Shown: positions 52,619 through 64,000 of the stretch, piece after piece
How positions within the stretch are numbered: position 1 is the stretch's first letter
How the letters are laid out: the number at the start of each line of letters is the position of its first letter
DNA from: Octopus vulgaris
Taxonomy: Eukaryota
Assembly (NCBI GenBank): GCA_951406725.2
Contig: OX597827.1
Location: 28,086,001-28,150,000 of the forward strand
Direction of reading: 5' to 3'
DNA: 64,000 bases
Translations under genes and position numbers: made by a program
Notes under the pieces: generated by a model
Told to the model about the DNA's origin: nothing
Seen by the model: only the letters and a program-made list of their open reading frames with translations
Database searches by the model: none

Positions 52619-52797
52619 CAACTAATCCATTCTTGTTGCTTTTTTTCTTGTTTATAGTCACCCCACATTATTTTATGGTTAATACCATATAGATTTCTGG
52701 TGCATCTAAGTTAAGTACTGCATTCATGTGAATTCATTGGAATTCACTTGAATCTTAATTGTTTTAATGAATATATATATCTATATCTATCTATCTA

Positions 52798-52837
<40 letters not shown>

Positions 52838-53549
52838 AAATGAACGTCTTTCACTTTCCGTCTACCGAATCCAGTCACGATAGTTGGGCTGCCTAAGGAT
52901 ATAGTAGAAGACATATGCCCAAGGTACCACGCAGCGGGACTGAACCTGGAACTGTGTGGTTCTTACCAAACAGCCACACCTGCGCCCGTATGTAACAAGA
53001 AAAAAAAAGGAAAAGAGAAGATATTCTTTTAATGTTTTACATAGAATTTCCACTGTTTTGATGCAACATTTCAATGATTTATGTATTATTCATTTGCGCG
53101 TAATCTTAGTTGCTGGTTTGTAAAATGCTTCCGGTTATCTTTTTGCTTTTTGGTTGTTTTTTAAATATCCTTTAACCACAAACGGATGAATAGGTTTATC
53201 AGAATTATCTCAGATAAATCAAACAAAGGACTAGCAGCAGCTAAGCCAGGCTGCAGGCAGGGCAGACAGACGGTTATGGTAAGGTCTAGCCCTATATGAA
53301 AGGTCTTCAAATAAACATTAAATATGAAAGGTTTCTGCAGAAGACAATCGGGAGAGCGGAAGCACTGGAGTGTCTTCTAAGATGGCGGCTGTTCTTAATT
53401 CCAGCTTGCACAATCTTCCAGACTATATCACACGTCATACAACAGCTGCCTCAGGCATTTTTGTTCAATAAATACTGAACATTATTACCACCCCTCTCTC
53501 CTCTACTTTTCTTCTTCCCTATCTTTTCTTTTTCTATATTTTTCCCTAT

Positions 53550-53556
53550 CTTCATC

Positions 53557-53617
<61 letters not shown>

Positions 53618-53633
53618 CCACAACCACCACAAC

Positions 53634-53680
<47 letters not shown>
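53550..53680. repeat. (CAT)n microsatellite
   Basis: Directly visible; it gives the poly-M ORF. Confidence 0.95.
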
Positions 53681-53681
<1 letters not shown>

Positions 53682-54037
53682 TTTCTTTTTTGTCTTCTTT
53701 TCCTTCTTTTTCCTTCTGCTCGTCGTTGTCCTATAATCTGACCCTGAAAATAGAATTGTAATGTATAGTCAACCTCATTCCCTTTTTTCCCTATTCATTT
53801 ATAAGTTTCATATTTTTATTATAATTGTATTTTGTCTCTCACTACACCTATGGGTTTACTTTTGCTTGTAAACTGCTGGAAATGACACATCACTTTGAGT
53901 AAGCATGCTTACATGATGGTAAGATCTAACGAAAGACTTATTTAAACATTCATCTGAAGAAGTGCATTTTAAACTTTTCAAATGCATTATAATGATAACA
54001 CAACATCTCAACAATGTACTAAGGAAGTAAAAAGATA

Positions 54038-54887
54038 TTGAAACAATTGTAGAAATTTTAAAATAAAGAATTTCTTTCATTTCATTCGTGGCTCTTATAA
54101 GTTTGTTTTCAATACATATATATACCTGTAATTATTGGGGCCCTGGAATATGTAACACACTGCCAAAATACCAATCTTGAGAAATTAGGCATTCTCAAAA
54201 CCAGAAAGGAGAAAACTGATTCGAAGACTACAGATCCAATCCATTACTGGAACTGTAAATATCTTTGGAACTTGCCAGAAGTTTATCATTTAAATACATA
54301 TGAGCATGTCTAGATATGCAAATGTATGCATGAGAATACATATATGAAACAAATCATGCAAATCTGCACACATAAAACAAATCTGCACACATGTATAAAA
54401 TACAAAAATCTCGTTGTTGATGTTGAAATTCCAATGAAGCACATTTGGGTCGAGGTTAGAAACCGGCTTTTACTACATACATACATACATACATACATAC
54501 ATACATACATACATACATACATACATACATACATACATACATAAACTTTCAGTCCATACACGCCAAATCAATTTGAATCTTTCTCAGTCGAAAGACTATA
54601 CCATGTTCTCCGTTTGTTTGTTTCTTTATTTTTGGGGGATATTTTTTTTTGTCTTTGCACTTAGCTTAGACTTTTTTGGGGACAACAAGATCGAACCATC
54701 TCAAGTATAACTGTCCTCCGAAACGGTCGTGACTTCTGGTACATGACTGAAGAATGAAAGCCTAGAATGACCCGTCTTTTTCTGCCTGCCCTTCTAAATA
54801 TTGTTTCTCTAGAATGCCTTTCTGTCGCCTATCCGTCCGTACGTTTTAGTGCCCTCTATTGCGTTTTTGTCCTATTTATACATATAT
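54038..54887 (+). repeat. Left arm of a long, high-identity inverted repeat
   Basis: Reverse complement of 63155-64000, and probably extends further because the partner runs off the window. Confidence 0.92.
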
Positions 54888-54895
54888 GTATATAT

Positions 54896-55731
54896 GTGAA
54901 CAGGAATTAATCTTCTCTCTTCGCTCTTATATGCCATTTGGTCTCAACTCTCCCCCCTCCACATCTAACCCCCCTCTCCCCCCTCCTCATCTAACCTCCC
55001 CCGACCCCTACTTCTCTTCAGTCTTTCATCCTTTCACCCCTATTCCTCTTTCCTTCTTCCCTCTTTCTCCCTCCCTCTTTCTTCCCCATTCCCCTTCCCT
55101 CTGCTCCCTCACTCCCCTTCTCTCTCTCACCCTCTCCCTCTATCCTCCCTCCTCCCCTCCCCTCCCCCTCTCCTTCCTTCTCCCCCCTCCCCTCCCTCCT
55201 CTTCTCCTCTCTACACTACACCATACGACTTTACACATCATATATACATACACACGTCTAGACCTCTCATACGCACTAATACCCCCTGTTCTCCTCTCTC
55301 TACACTACACCATACGACTTTACACATCACATCATATATACATACACACGTCTAGACCTCTCATACGCACTAATACTCTCTCATACACACACACACACAC
55401 TCTTCTCATACACACACACACACACTCTTATGTTTGAGCGGGGGTCATTCAACCCTATTATCTCCCCTAATTTCGCTCTTGCGTCTCATGTTTGATCTTT
55501 GACTTCTGGCCGAAATCAGATCGCCATGTTGATTCGCTAGCTTTTGCACGCATACTTTTTCTCTCCTTCTTTCTGTGTTTTTTTTCTCTGTGTATCTTTC
55601 TGTTGAAGAGCGTAGGCTCGAAACGTTAAAGACTTGTTTCATTTATATTTCCTGAGCGCCATACTAATACAATTGTTTGTTTGTATTCCACCTGCCTTCG
55701 TCTTTTGTCTATTTTCCTAAAGCTTACCGTT
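54896..55731 (+). mobile_element. 3' fragment of the same PLE family as 692-2798, with a CUGUUGA hammerhead at 55595-55632
   Basis: EQELIFSLRSYMPFGLN plus a pLTR nearly identical to 2505-2798, ending at (TA)n. Confidence 0.9.
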
Positions 55732-55896
55732 ATATATATATGTATACGTATATATATATGTATATATATATATATATATGTATATATTTATATGTATATA
55801 TGTATATAAATATATATATATGTCTATATATGTATATATATGTATATATATGAATATATATATGTATATATATATATGTATATATATATGTATATA

Positions 55897-55995
<99 letters not shown>

Positions 55996-56226
55996 GTACC
56001 TTGTTTTTCTGTTGTAACTAAATGGCTTTTCCGTTTTCGTTCCTGTTGAGTTTTACGTCTATTTGTGGTGTCCTGTACGTATATATATTTATACATGCAT
56101 GTATATATACATGTAGATGTCGGTACGTACATATATGTTTGTATGTATGCATATATTTTATTTATTACACTATATATATATATATATGTATATATATGTG
56201 TATATATATATATAAATATATATATG

Positions 56227-56263
<37 letters not shown>

Positions 56264-56295
56264 GTATATATATGTATATATATATGTATATATAC

Positions 56296-56416
<121 letters not shown>

Positions 56417-57197
56417 ATTTCTTTCCCGTTAATGTTTAAAGTTTTGTTGTGTTTGGGGAGAAAGACTCTGGAAAAATGACCATCAAAAGTAGATGTTTTT
56501 TTTCTTTTTTTTTCTTAACTCGGTCATTGAAAGTATGTGAGAACATCACAGACTCTTGTGTGAGGTGGGGAACTTGTGTGAGAAGATGAAAGGTCAGAGG
56601 ATGACAGAAAGGCAGAAACAGGTGTCTTGCTATAACGAAGAGGGCACTGGAGGTGGTGATCCAGTATCAGATGAGGAAAAATTAGAGTGTGACAATGACA
56701 AACCGTTTTGATATCAACCTGTCTGTGACTGCTCCTGGTTCTATCATTTGAATTTTGTGTTGAAAGTAATTTAAATTAAAAACATTCCATTAAAATTTCA
56801 TCTGATTTTATTTCAAACACCATTTTAAGAATGGCAAAGTTATTTTCCAAAATTCTTCATTAATTGTAAAATTAGCTGAAACGAAAAGGGTTAATGACCT
56901 TCTCTTGCTGCATTGTGTTGTCATCATTACATCATCATTCATCACTCATTATTCAATGTCTTTTTTCTATGCTGGCATGGGTTGTACTGTTTTAAAACTC
57001 GTATATATTTAAGTGAACTTTCTGAAATCCTTTTCTTCAAAGACAAAAAAGAAAGTCTTTGAAATTCTTTGTCATGAATATCAGATATACAGGATTTGTA
57101 TAAAATTTCAACTTTTTTAATTATAAATATGAAATTTTAACTTTTTTTTAATCATGATATAATTTAAATCACTATCTCTGTAAATGTAAACAGAACA

Positions 57198-57356
57198 GGT
57201 GTAGGAGTGGCTGTGTGGTAAGTAGCTTGCTTATGAACCACATGGTTCTGGGTTCAGTCTCACTGCGTGGCACCTTGGGCAAGTGTCTTCCACTATAGCC
57301 TCGGGCCGACCAAAGCCTTGTGATGGAAACTGAAAGAAACCCGTCGTATATATGTG

Positions 57357-57391
<35 letters not shown>

Positions 57392-57600
57392 TTGTGTGTC
57401 TGTGTTTGTCCCCCCAACATCGATTCACAACAGATGCTGGTGTGTTTACATCCCCGTAACTTAGCAGTTCGACAAAAGAGACTGATAGAATAAGTACCAG
57501 GCTTACAAAGAATAAATCCTAGGGTTGATTTGCACGACTAAACGTGGGGCTCCAGCATGGCCACACTCAAATGACTGAAACAAGTAATAGAGTAAAAGAG
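57198..57600 (+). mobile_element. CORE-type tRNA SINE, full length
   Basis: Same family structure as 47862-48331. Confidence 0.9.
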
Positions 57601-57644
57601 TATATATATATGTATATATATATATATGTGTATATATATGTATA

Positions 57645-57763
<119 letters not shown>

Positions 57764-57899
57764 ATAAATATATATATATATATATATATGTATATAAACT
57801 TAGATAAAACTTAGATATGTTTCGACCAAAGATTGGTCCAGGCCATGTCTAACTTAATAGCACCACCTGATACGATTATTCGAAACCTCTTTAAGTCAA

Positions 57900-60865
57900 G
57901 TTTAGTTTATGGTCCATTCAAGTAGTGAGTTCTTGTTTGGTGAGTTGTATCCAATTATTGGTGGCTTATCTGGTATTCTTTGAAGGAATCTATCCAGACT
58001 CCGTTTAAAGTTGATGGGATCCTTTTCCTCTTTGATCTCCCTCGGGACAATGTTAAATAGAGCAGGGCCTGTTGAGGAAAAGAAATTATGTTGCAGTGTA
58101 CATGTATGCTGTGATCTTGACCTGGGCAGGGGACGTATGACCGTAGTCCCAGTCTTGGATGAACCTTGAAGCTAATGTTTAGGTCGTTTGGGCAAAGTTG
58201 GCGGTATATTCTCCACATCGTACAAATGATGTACCGCTCACGGCGACGCTGGAGAGAGTAAAGTTTCAAGGCTTTAAGGCGATCCCAATAATCGAGAGCA
58301 GCCATGCCTTCAATTCGTTTAGTGAGTGCCCTCTGGAGTGACTCAATTCCTGGAGATGTTTTGTCTTGTATGGGGAGACCACAGTGGGCAGCAATATTCA
58401 AGGTGTGGCCGTACAAAGGAGGAGATAAGTGGTATGATGACACCTTGTTCTCTGGACCGGATAGTTCTTAAGACCCAGGAACTCATCCTACGAGCTATAT
58501 CGACCTTCTTGTTGATGTGTGCACTCCAACTGAGATCGTCATCAACAATTACACCCAGGTCTCTGATATTGTTAGAGGCTGTGAGCGGTTCCCCTGAAGG
58601 AAGAGTGTATGGCTGTTTTAGTGAGGAGTTTCTTCCAAAATGCATCAGCTCAAATTTTCCCTCATTCACTTGCATTTTGTTTCTGTCTGCCCATTGACTC
58701 ACAGCATATAGATCAGACTGGAGTTGAGTTCGGTCTGCTTCTTCATTGACGATTTGCTGGAGCTTAGTGTCATCAGCAAATATTTTCACTTTGCAGTAAT
58801 GTACGACACTGGAAAGGTCGTTTATGTAAATTATGAAGAATAGCGGACCCAAGACAGTCCCCTGGGGAACACCGCTGGTGACTTTTGCTGGGCTTGAGTG
58901 GACTCTATCAACTACAACATGTTGCGTTCTATTCGCCAGGAAATACTTAATCCAGTGTAGAACTTTTCCACGGATTCCAACATTTGCCAATTTTGAGAGT
59001 AGGATATTATGGTCTACTCTGTCGAACGCTTTACTGAAGTCAAGATATATGATGTCAGAGTTCGAACGTGTTCTCAAGGCTTTGAGTACATCTTCAATGT
59101 GGTGTAAGAGCTGTGTTAGACAGTCCCTGCCACAGCGAAAGCCATGCTGATTTGCATTTAAGAGTTTGTGGGGCTCCAGGAAGTCAGCTATCCTTGATCT
59201 TAACACTCTTGCAAACACTTTAATGATGTAGGAGGTGAGTGAGATTGGGCGATAGTTGAGTGCGAGGGATCTGTTTCCCTGTTTGAAAACCGGGATGACC
59301 GACTGGGATAGAAACTGTTTCGGTATATAACCTGCGTCTAACGAATTTCTCCAGAGGTTAGTCAGAGGGACTGCAAGTTGGTGTCTACATTCCTTCAGGA
59401 GACTAGCGGAGAATCTATCAGGGCCTACAGCAGAGTAGTATTTGACCTCATTTATTGCTGCTACGATGTCAGTAGCAGTGAAGGTTATGTCTGAGATTTT
59501 ATGTTGGACGTTAACTTCGTTCGCTTCTCTTACGTCAATATCAGTGGGAACACTAAAGACAGAGCAGTATTGTTTCTGCAGTATTTCTGCCATTTCTTTA
59601 GCAACGTGTTGGGGAATGCCGTTATCATCAATCAATGGCCCAATGGGTGAGACAGTGGTTCTATGTTTATTTGCATTAGAATAGAACACTTTTGGGTTCT
59701 GTTTGATGTTTTTGATTACCCACTGTTCCTCCACAGCTCTTTGATTTTCAATGGAGGTTTTCATGTCGGTCTGCAGATGAAGTTTTTCCAGCTCTAGCCT
59801 TTTCATTGTTGTTGAATGTGGATGTTGTGTGTGGGAATATTTTAATTGGTTGATTTTTTTGTTGAGTCTTTTGATGCGCTTGATGAGTGTTTTTTTCTTT
59901 TTAGGGAGCCGGTTTCTGCTTGTGTTAGTAGATTTCGTGGGAGCGTGTTTAGAGTATGTATAGGTGACAATGTTTTCAAAGTACTGCCACGCGGTCTCAA
60001 TATGGGAGGAATTGAGAGTAAAAGACCAGTCGATGGAAGACAGATCCTTTCTGATTGCTCCCCAGTCCGCTTTGTGGAAGTTTATGTTGTCAAATGGTTG
60101 CCATGGAGTGGGATTGGCTGGTTTGGTTTTTATATGACGGGAATTAAAATTGCAGAGTACCATGTCGTGGTCTGAGAGAAGAGTTTTTTCAACTAAAATA
60201 CTGTGAACGAAGCTAGAGTGATTGGTCAATACCAGATCCAAGGTCGTTTTATTCTGCCTCGTTGGTTCGAGCACTAGCTGAATAAGGAAGTATTCATCCA
60301 TCAGATTAAAGAGCAGTTCTGCTGCTGCTCTATCTGATGTAGAGCACTTGCCTAACTTCAGAGTATTTGTGGGCCAGATCACATGAGGGAGGTTAAAATC
60401 ACCCATCACTAGTATGTTTCCGGAGTGGTACTTCCGAAGGACGGACTTGACTTTGCTAAGGCACTCTTCAAAGCACTTTAGAGGTGCCTAGGGAGGCCTG
60501 TAAAGACCAACAATGATTATGTCCTTGGCCTTGCTGAATACTGATACCGATTCACAGTAGCCATTGGAAAATATGTCCTCGGCATCAAGTGAAAAGGAGT
60601 CATGGATAAAAATGGCTGTCCTTCCCTTATTTCGGTCTGTGCGATCCGCACGAACAATGTTGAAATCTTTTATTTTCACCTCGGCGTCCATATGGGTGTT
60701 GTTCAAGTGAGTCTCTGTAGGGATAAAGAAAGGGAAGCAATGTGCCGTTTCGGCAACCAACTCTCTATATATGGGATCTTCCATTTTTGGGCAGTAATTG
60801 ATGGGTTGATGCCACGTACATTTAACAGGAATGTCGAGGTAAGGGAAGTTGATGTTTGCATTGTT
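57900..60865 (-). pseudogene. LINE ORF2 endonuclease-reverse transcriptase with few lesions
   Basis: ORFs 60488..60784 and 58343..60409, plus shifted C-terminal pieces (YWDRLKALKLYSLQRRRERY). Confidence 0.9.
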
Positions 60866-60886
60866 CTAAGTTATGTTTTATGTTGT

Positions 60887-62312
60887 TCAGTGGTACGAAT
60901 GTGGGTAGTTCTTGTATGGAGCTGTGTGTGTATGATTTTCTTGTTGGTAATGGGTGTGTGGTACTTGTGATTTGCATAGGTGGTTGCTGATAGCTCGTTG
61001 GATCTCCTGGCTTAGGTCGGCCTTCATATTTTCTAGGTAAGTCAGTAAAAAAGAGTTACCTCTTTGGTTTGCCACTTGGTCAGAGGATGCATATTTCATA
61101 TTGGTGTTATTTGGTGTTACGGTTTTTTCATGGTTCTGTCTACGTTGTTTGATTGTAGGAGGGGGAACGTTGTTGTATTTTGTTCTTGTTGTTGTCTTAG
61201 ATTTCCTCTGTTGCTGTTTAAATTTATTCTGTGATCGTTTTGTGCCCTTCAGATGATTGTGGTTGCATTCTAGGTTCAGGTACATCCTTTGTGACACAGA
61301 AGTTTGGCACAGTTTAGGATGGAATAAGGTGCATCCATTACCTTTTGTGCATCCGTATTTAGGATCAGGACCATGAACTCTGTATTTAGGACAGTATTTA
61401 GGGTGGAGCTGGGGGCAAATTTTTTCCCGTTATACCATATGGACAGGTGCCCTTAACAAGTCTACGACATAAGGTAGGATGGGAAAAAGCACAGCGTCCA
61501 TTGTTGTTTGTGCCGCTGGGGCCAAATCTACAGTTGCCTTTAGAGTAGTAACGACAGGATGTTTTATGTGGGTGTAGTAGTGGTTTTTCTATTCTGGCTG
61601 TAGTAGCAGTATCAGAGTGTTGTTGTTTCAATGTAGTGTCAGAAGCAGGTCGTTGTTTTTGTGATAGTGGGTTCTGGCTTGCCAGAATGGGGCCAAATCT
61701 ACAACTGCCTTGAGAATAGTAACGGCAGTTTATTTTATGTGCGTGTAGTAGTGGTTTTTCTATTCAGGCTGTAGTAGCAGTAGTATTAGAGTGTTGTTGT
61801 TGTTGTTGTTGTTGCTGTAGCAACAGTGAAACTTGACTTGTAGCAGAGTGTTGTTGTTGTTGTTGTAGCAACAGTGAAACTTGACTTGTAGCAGAGTGTT
61901 GTTGTTGTTGTTGTAGCAACAGTGAAACTTGACTTGTAGCAGAGTGTTGTTGTTGTTGTAGCAACAGTGAAACTTGACTTGGTTCGTCAGGTGCTGGCTC
62001 CAATGGAATTAGGTCAGTTGTTTGTTATGTTGAAGTGTCTCCTGACCTGTTGGAATTTGGTCATTTGGTGCACTGCATTCATTGGCAAGAATGGCTTCTA
62101 GTGTTGCCATGTGCGCGTGGAAAATAGGAAATATTCTTTTAATCTCTTATTTTATTTTCGATCTGTTTTACAGATCTGTAAATGGATTGTTTCGTTAAGT
62201 CCTCTGTTATTTTACTGTAAACATTAGCTTCGTTGTGATGAATGAACCAAGCGTTTATCATTGCAGTAATTTCATTTTCAACCCATCGGCGTTTTTGAAT
62301 ATTATTGGCCAT
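60887..62312 (-). pseudogene. LINE ORF1: Myb/SANT-like domain, poly-Q repeats, CCCH-type zinc fingers; disrupted
   Basis: RRWVENEITAMINAW..NVYSKITEDL..RSVKQIENKIRD; (SQVSLLLQQQQHSAT)x4; CRYYSKGNCRFG..CAFSHPTLCRR..CPYG. Confidence 0.7.
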
Positions 62313-63077
62313 ATTCAGTGGGACAGTATTGTATAATATATATATGTATGTGTATGCGTGTATATGTATATGTACACCAGTTATTGATGGCTTGATGTAA
62401 AATAGTGAATACGTCGTTGAAAAGTTTGTGTCGATATACTCGGTATATACTTGTGTGTGGGAGAGTTCTGTGTATTTAGTACAATCAGGATGAGCGGTGT
62501 GTTTAATAGAGATCAAGAAAAAAGAATGAAGAATTGTACTCACGGGACTAGTTTTAGAACTAGTCTTGGGTTTAGTTTTGGTTTATATTTCTTTCTCCAG
62601 GTTGTATATAGATTTGTATAAATTAATCCTCGGATGGTAGTAAAAAAGTAGAATATTAGGATTGTAGAATTCAAAAGTTTTGAGACTAAAAACAAGGAGA
62701 GTTTCTGTTGGCTTGAGTTGAAATATGCTTCTTTGGTTACTAACGGGAGCTGTGAAAAGATATTGACGGGAGCTATGAAAAGTACGTCTTGTCACGACGA
62801 ATGCATAAAATGTATGTATATATATGCATATATAGTTATATATATATGTGTATATATATATATATGTATATATATATGTATATATTTATATGTATATATA
62901 TATATGTATATATATGTATATATATATGTATATATGTATATGTATATATATATATACATATATATATACATATATATATATACATATATATATACATATA
63001 TATATATATACATATATATATGAATATATATACATATATATATATACATATATATTTATATACATATATACATATAA

Positions 63078-63154
<77 letters not shown>

Positions 63155-63155
<1 letters not shown>

Positions 63156-64000
63156 ATATGTATAAATGGAACAAAAACGTAATAGAGGGCACTAAAACGT
63201 ACGGACGGATAGGCGACAGAAAGGCATTCTAGAGAAACAATATTTAGAAGCGCAGGCAGAAAAAGACGGGTCATTCTTGGCTTTCATTCTTCAGTCATGT
63301 ACCAGAAGTCACGACCGTTTCGGAGGACAGTTATACTTGAGATGGTTCGATCTTGTTGTCCCCAAAAAAGTCTAAGCTAAGTGCAAAGACAAAAAAAAAT
63401 ATCCCCCAAAAATAAAGAAACAAACAAACGGAGAACATGGTATAGTCTTTCGACTGAGAAAGATTCAAATTGATTTGGCGTGTATGGACTGAAAGTTTAT
63501 GTATGTATGTATGTATGTATGTATGTATGTATGTATTATGTATGTATGTATGTATGTATGCAGAGAAAAAGCCGGTTTCTAACCTCGACCCAAATGTGCT
63601 TCATTGGAATTTCAACATCAACAACGAGATTTTTGTATTTTATATATGTGTGCAGATTTGTTTTATGTGTGCAGATTTGTATGCTTTGTTTCATATATGT
63701 ATTCTCATGCATACATTTGCATATCTAGACATGCTCATATGTATTTAAATGATAAACTTCTGGCAAGTTCCAAAGATTTTTACAGTTCCAGTAATGGATT
63801 AGATCTGTAGTCTTCGAATCAGGTTTCTCCTTTCTGGTTTTGAGAATGCCTAATTTTTCAAGATTGGTATTTTGGCGGTGTGTTACATATCCCAGGGCCC
63901 CAATAATTACAGGTATATATATGTATTGAAAACAAACTTATAAGAGCCACGAATGAAATGAAAGAAATTCTTTATTTTAAAATTTCTACAATTGTTTCAA
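63155..64000 (-). repeat. Right arm of the long inverted repeat
   Basis: Reverse complement of 54038-54887. Confidence 0.92.

Larger units (their letters stand above)
48401..52765 (-). mobile_element. Near full-length Penelope-like element with inverted terminal pLTRs
   Basis: The ORF runs from the ATG at 52444 (RRIRWKTYHF, PADKTGNLY, GGLYRDD, NFLDIT, CNCR..C..NVIYKC, YLGCT, LSSKIWELK, CQLCSME) to ~49645 with lesions. 48401-48523 is the reverse complement of 52528-52651, and (TA)n flanks both sides. Confidence 0.93.
57795..62590 (-). mobile_element. Near full-length CR1/L2-group LINE (ORF1 + APE-RT ORF2)
   Basis: ORF2 (~60865 to 57900) has TETHL, RADR, LYRPP, MGDFNLP, LSDH, NYRPISLTS, YLDFSKAFDRV, GVPQGTVLGP, FADDTK and VRPHLEY. 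The 3' hairpin GACCAA..TTGGTC is followed by a short repeat tail (TCTAAGTTT). The 5' end is approximate. Confidence 0.92.

Noticed and set aside
53955-53990. CTGAAGA followed by a TGCATTT/AAATGCA hairpin
   Set aside because: Lacks GAAA and stem III after the hairpin.
57198-57275. tRNA-like A/B boxes at SINE heads
   Set aside because: They continue into SINE bodies and have no complete cloverleaf, so they are not called as tRNA genes.
58326-60175. Plus-strand ORFs overlapping the LINE ORF2
   Set aside because: Antisense shadows of the RT reading frame.

Overview
Repeat-dominated, AT-rich animal genomic DNA, most likely octopus (inferred from the SINE families and the dense (TA)n/(CA)n/(TCTA)n microsatellites). 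I found no intact host gene, and most ORFs in the supplied track are microsatellite translations. The window holds at least six Penelope-like element (PLE) copies or fragments with RT and/or C-terminal GIY-YIG coding sequence. It also holds a tandem pair of L1/Tx1-type LINEs (one ORF1-only), RTE fragments, a near full-length CR1/L2-group LINE whose ORF1 carries a Myb/SANT-like domain, poly-Q repeats and CCCH fingers, a TIR-complete mariner, a decayed Tc1/mariner, MITEs, a short Helitron-like element, three SINE families and a 5S rRNA relic. The most striking hidden layer is about 13 type I hammerhead ribozyme (HHR) motifs in several structural classes: minimal, a CUGUUGA-core variant, long-stem-II, and degenerate. 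They sit in PLE terminal repeats, in short non-coding fold-back units between microsatellites, and at a 19-nt motif that punctuates the Tx1 tandem. All motifs and coordinates were read by eye, with no database search or folding run.
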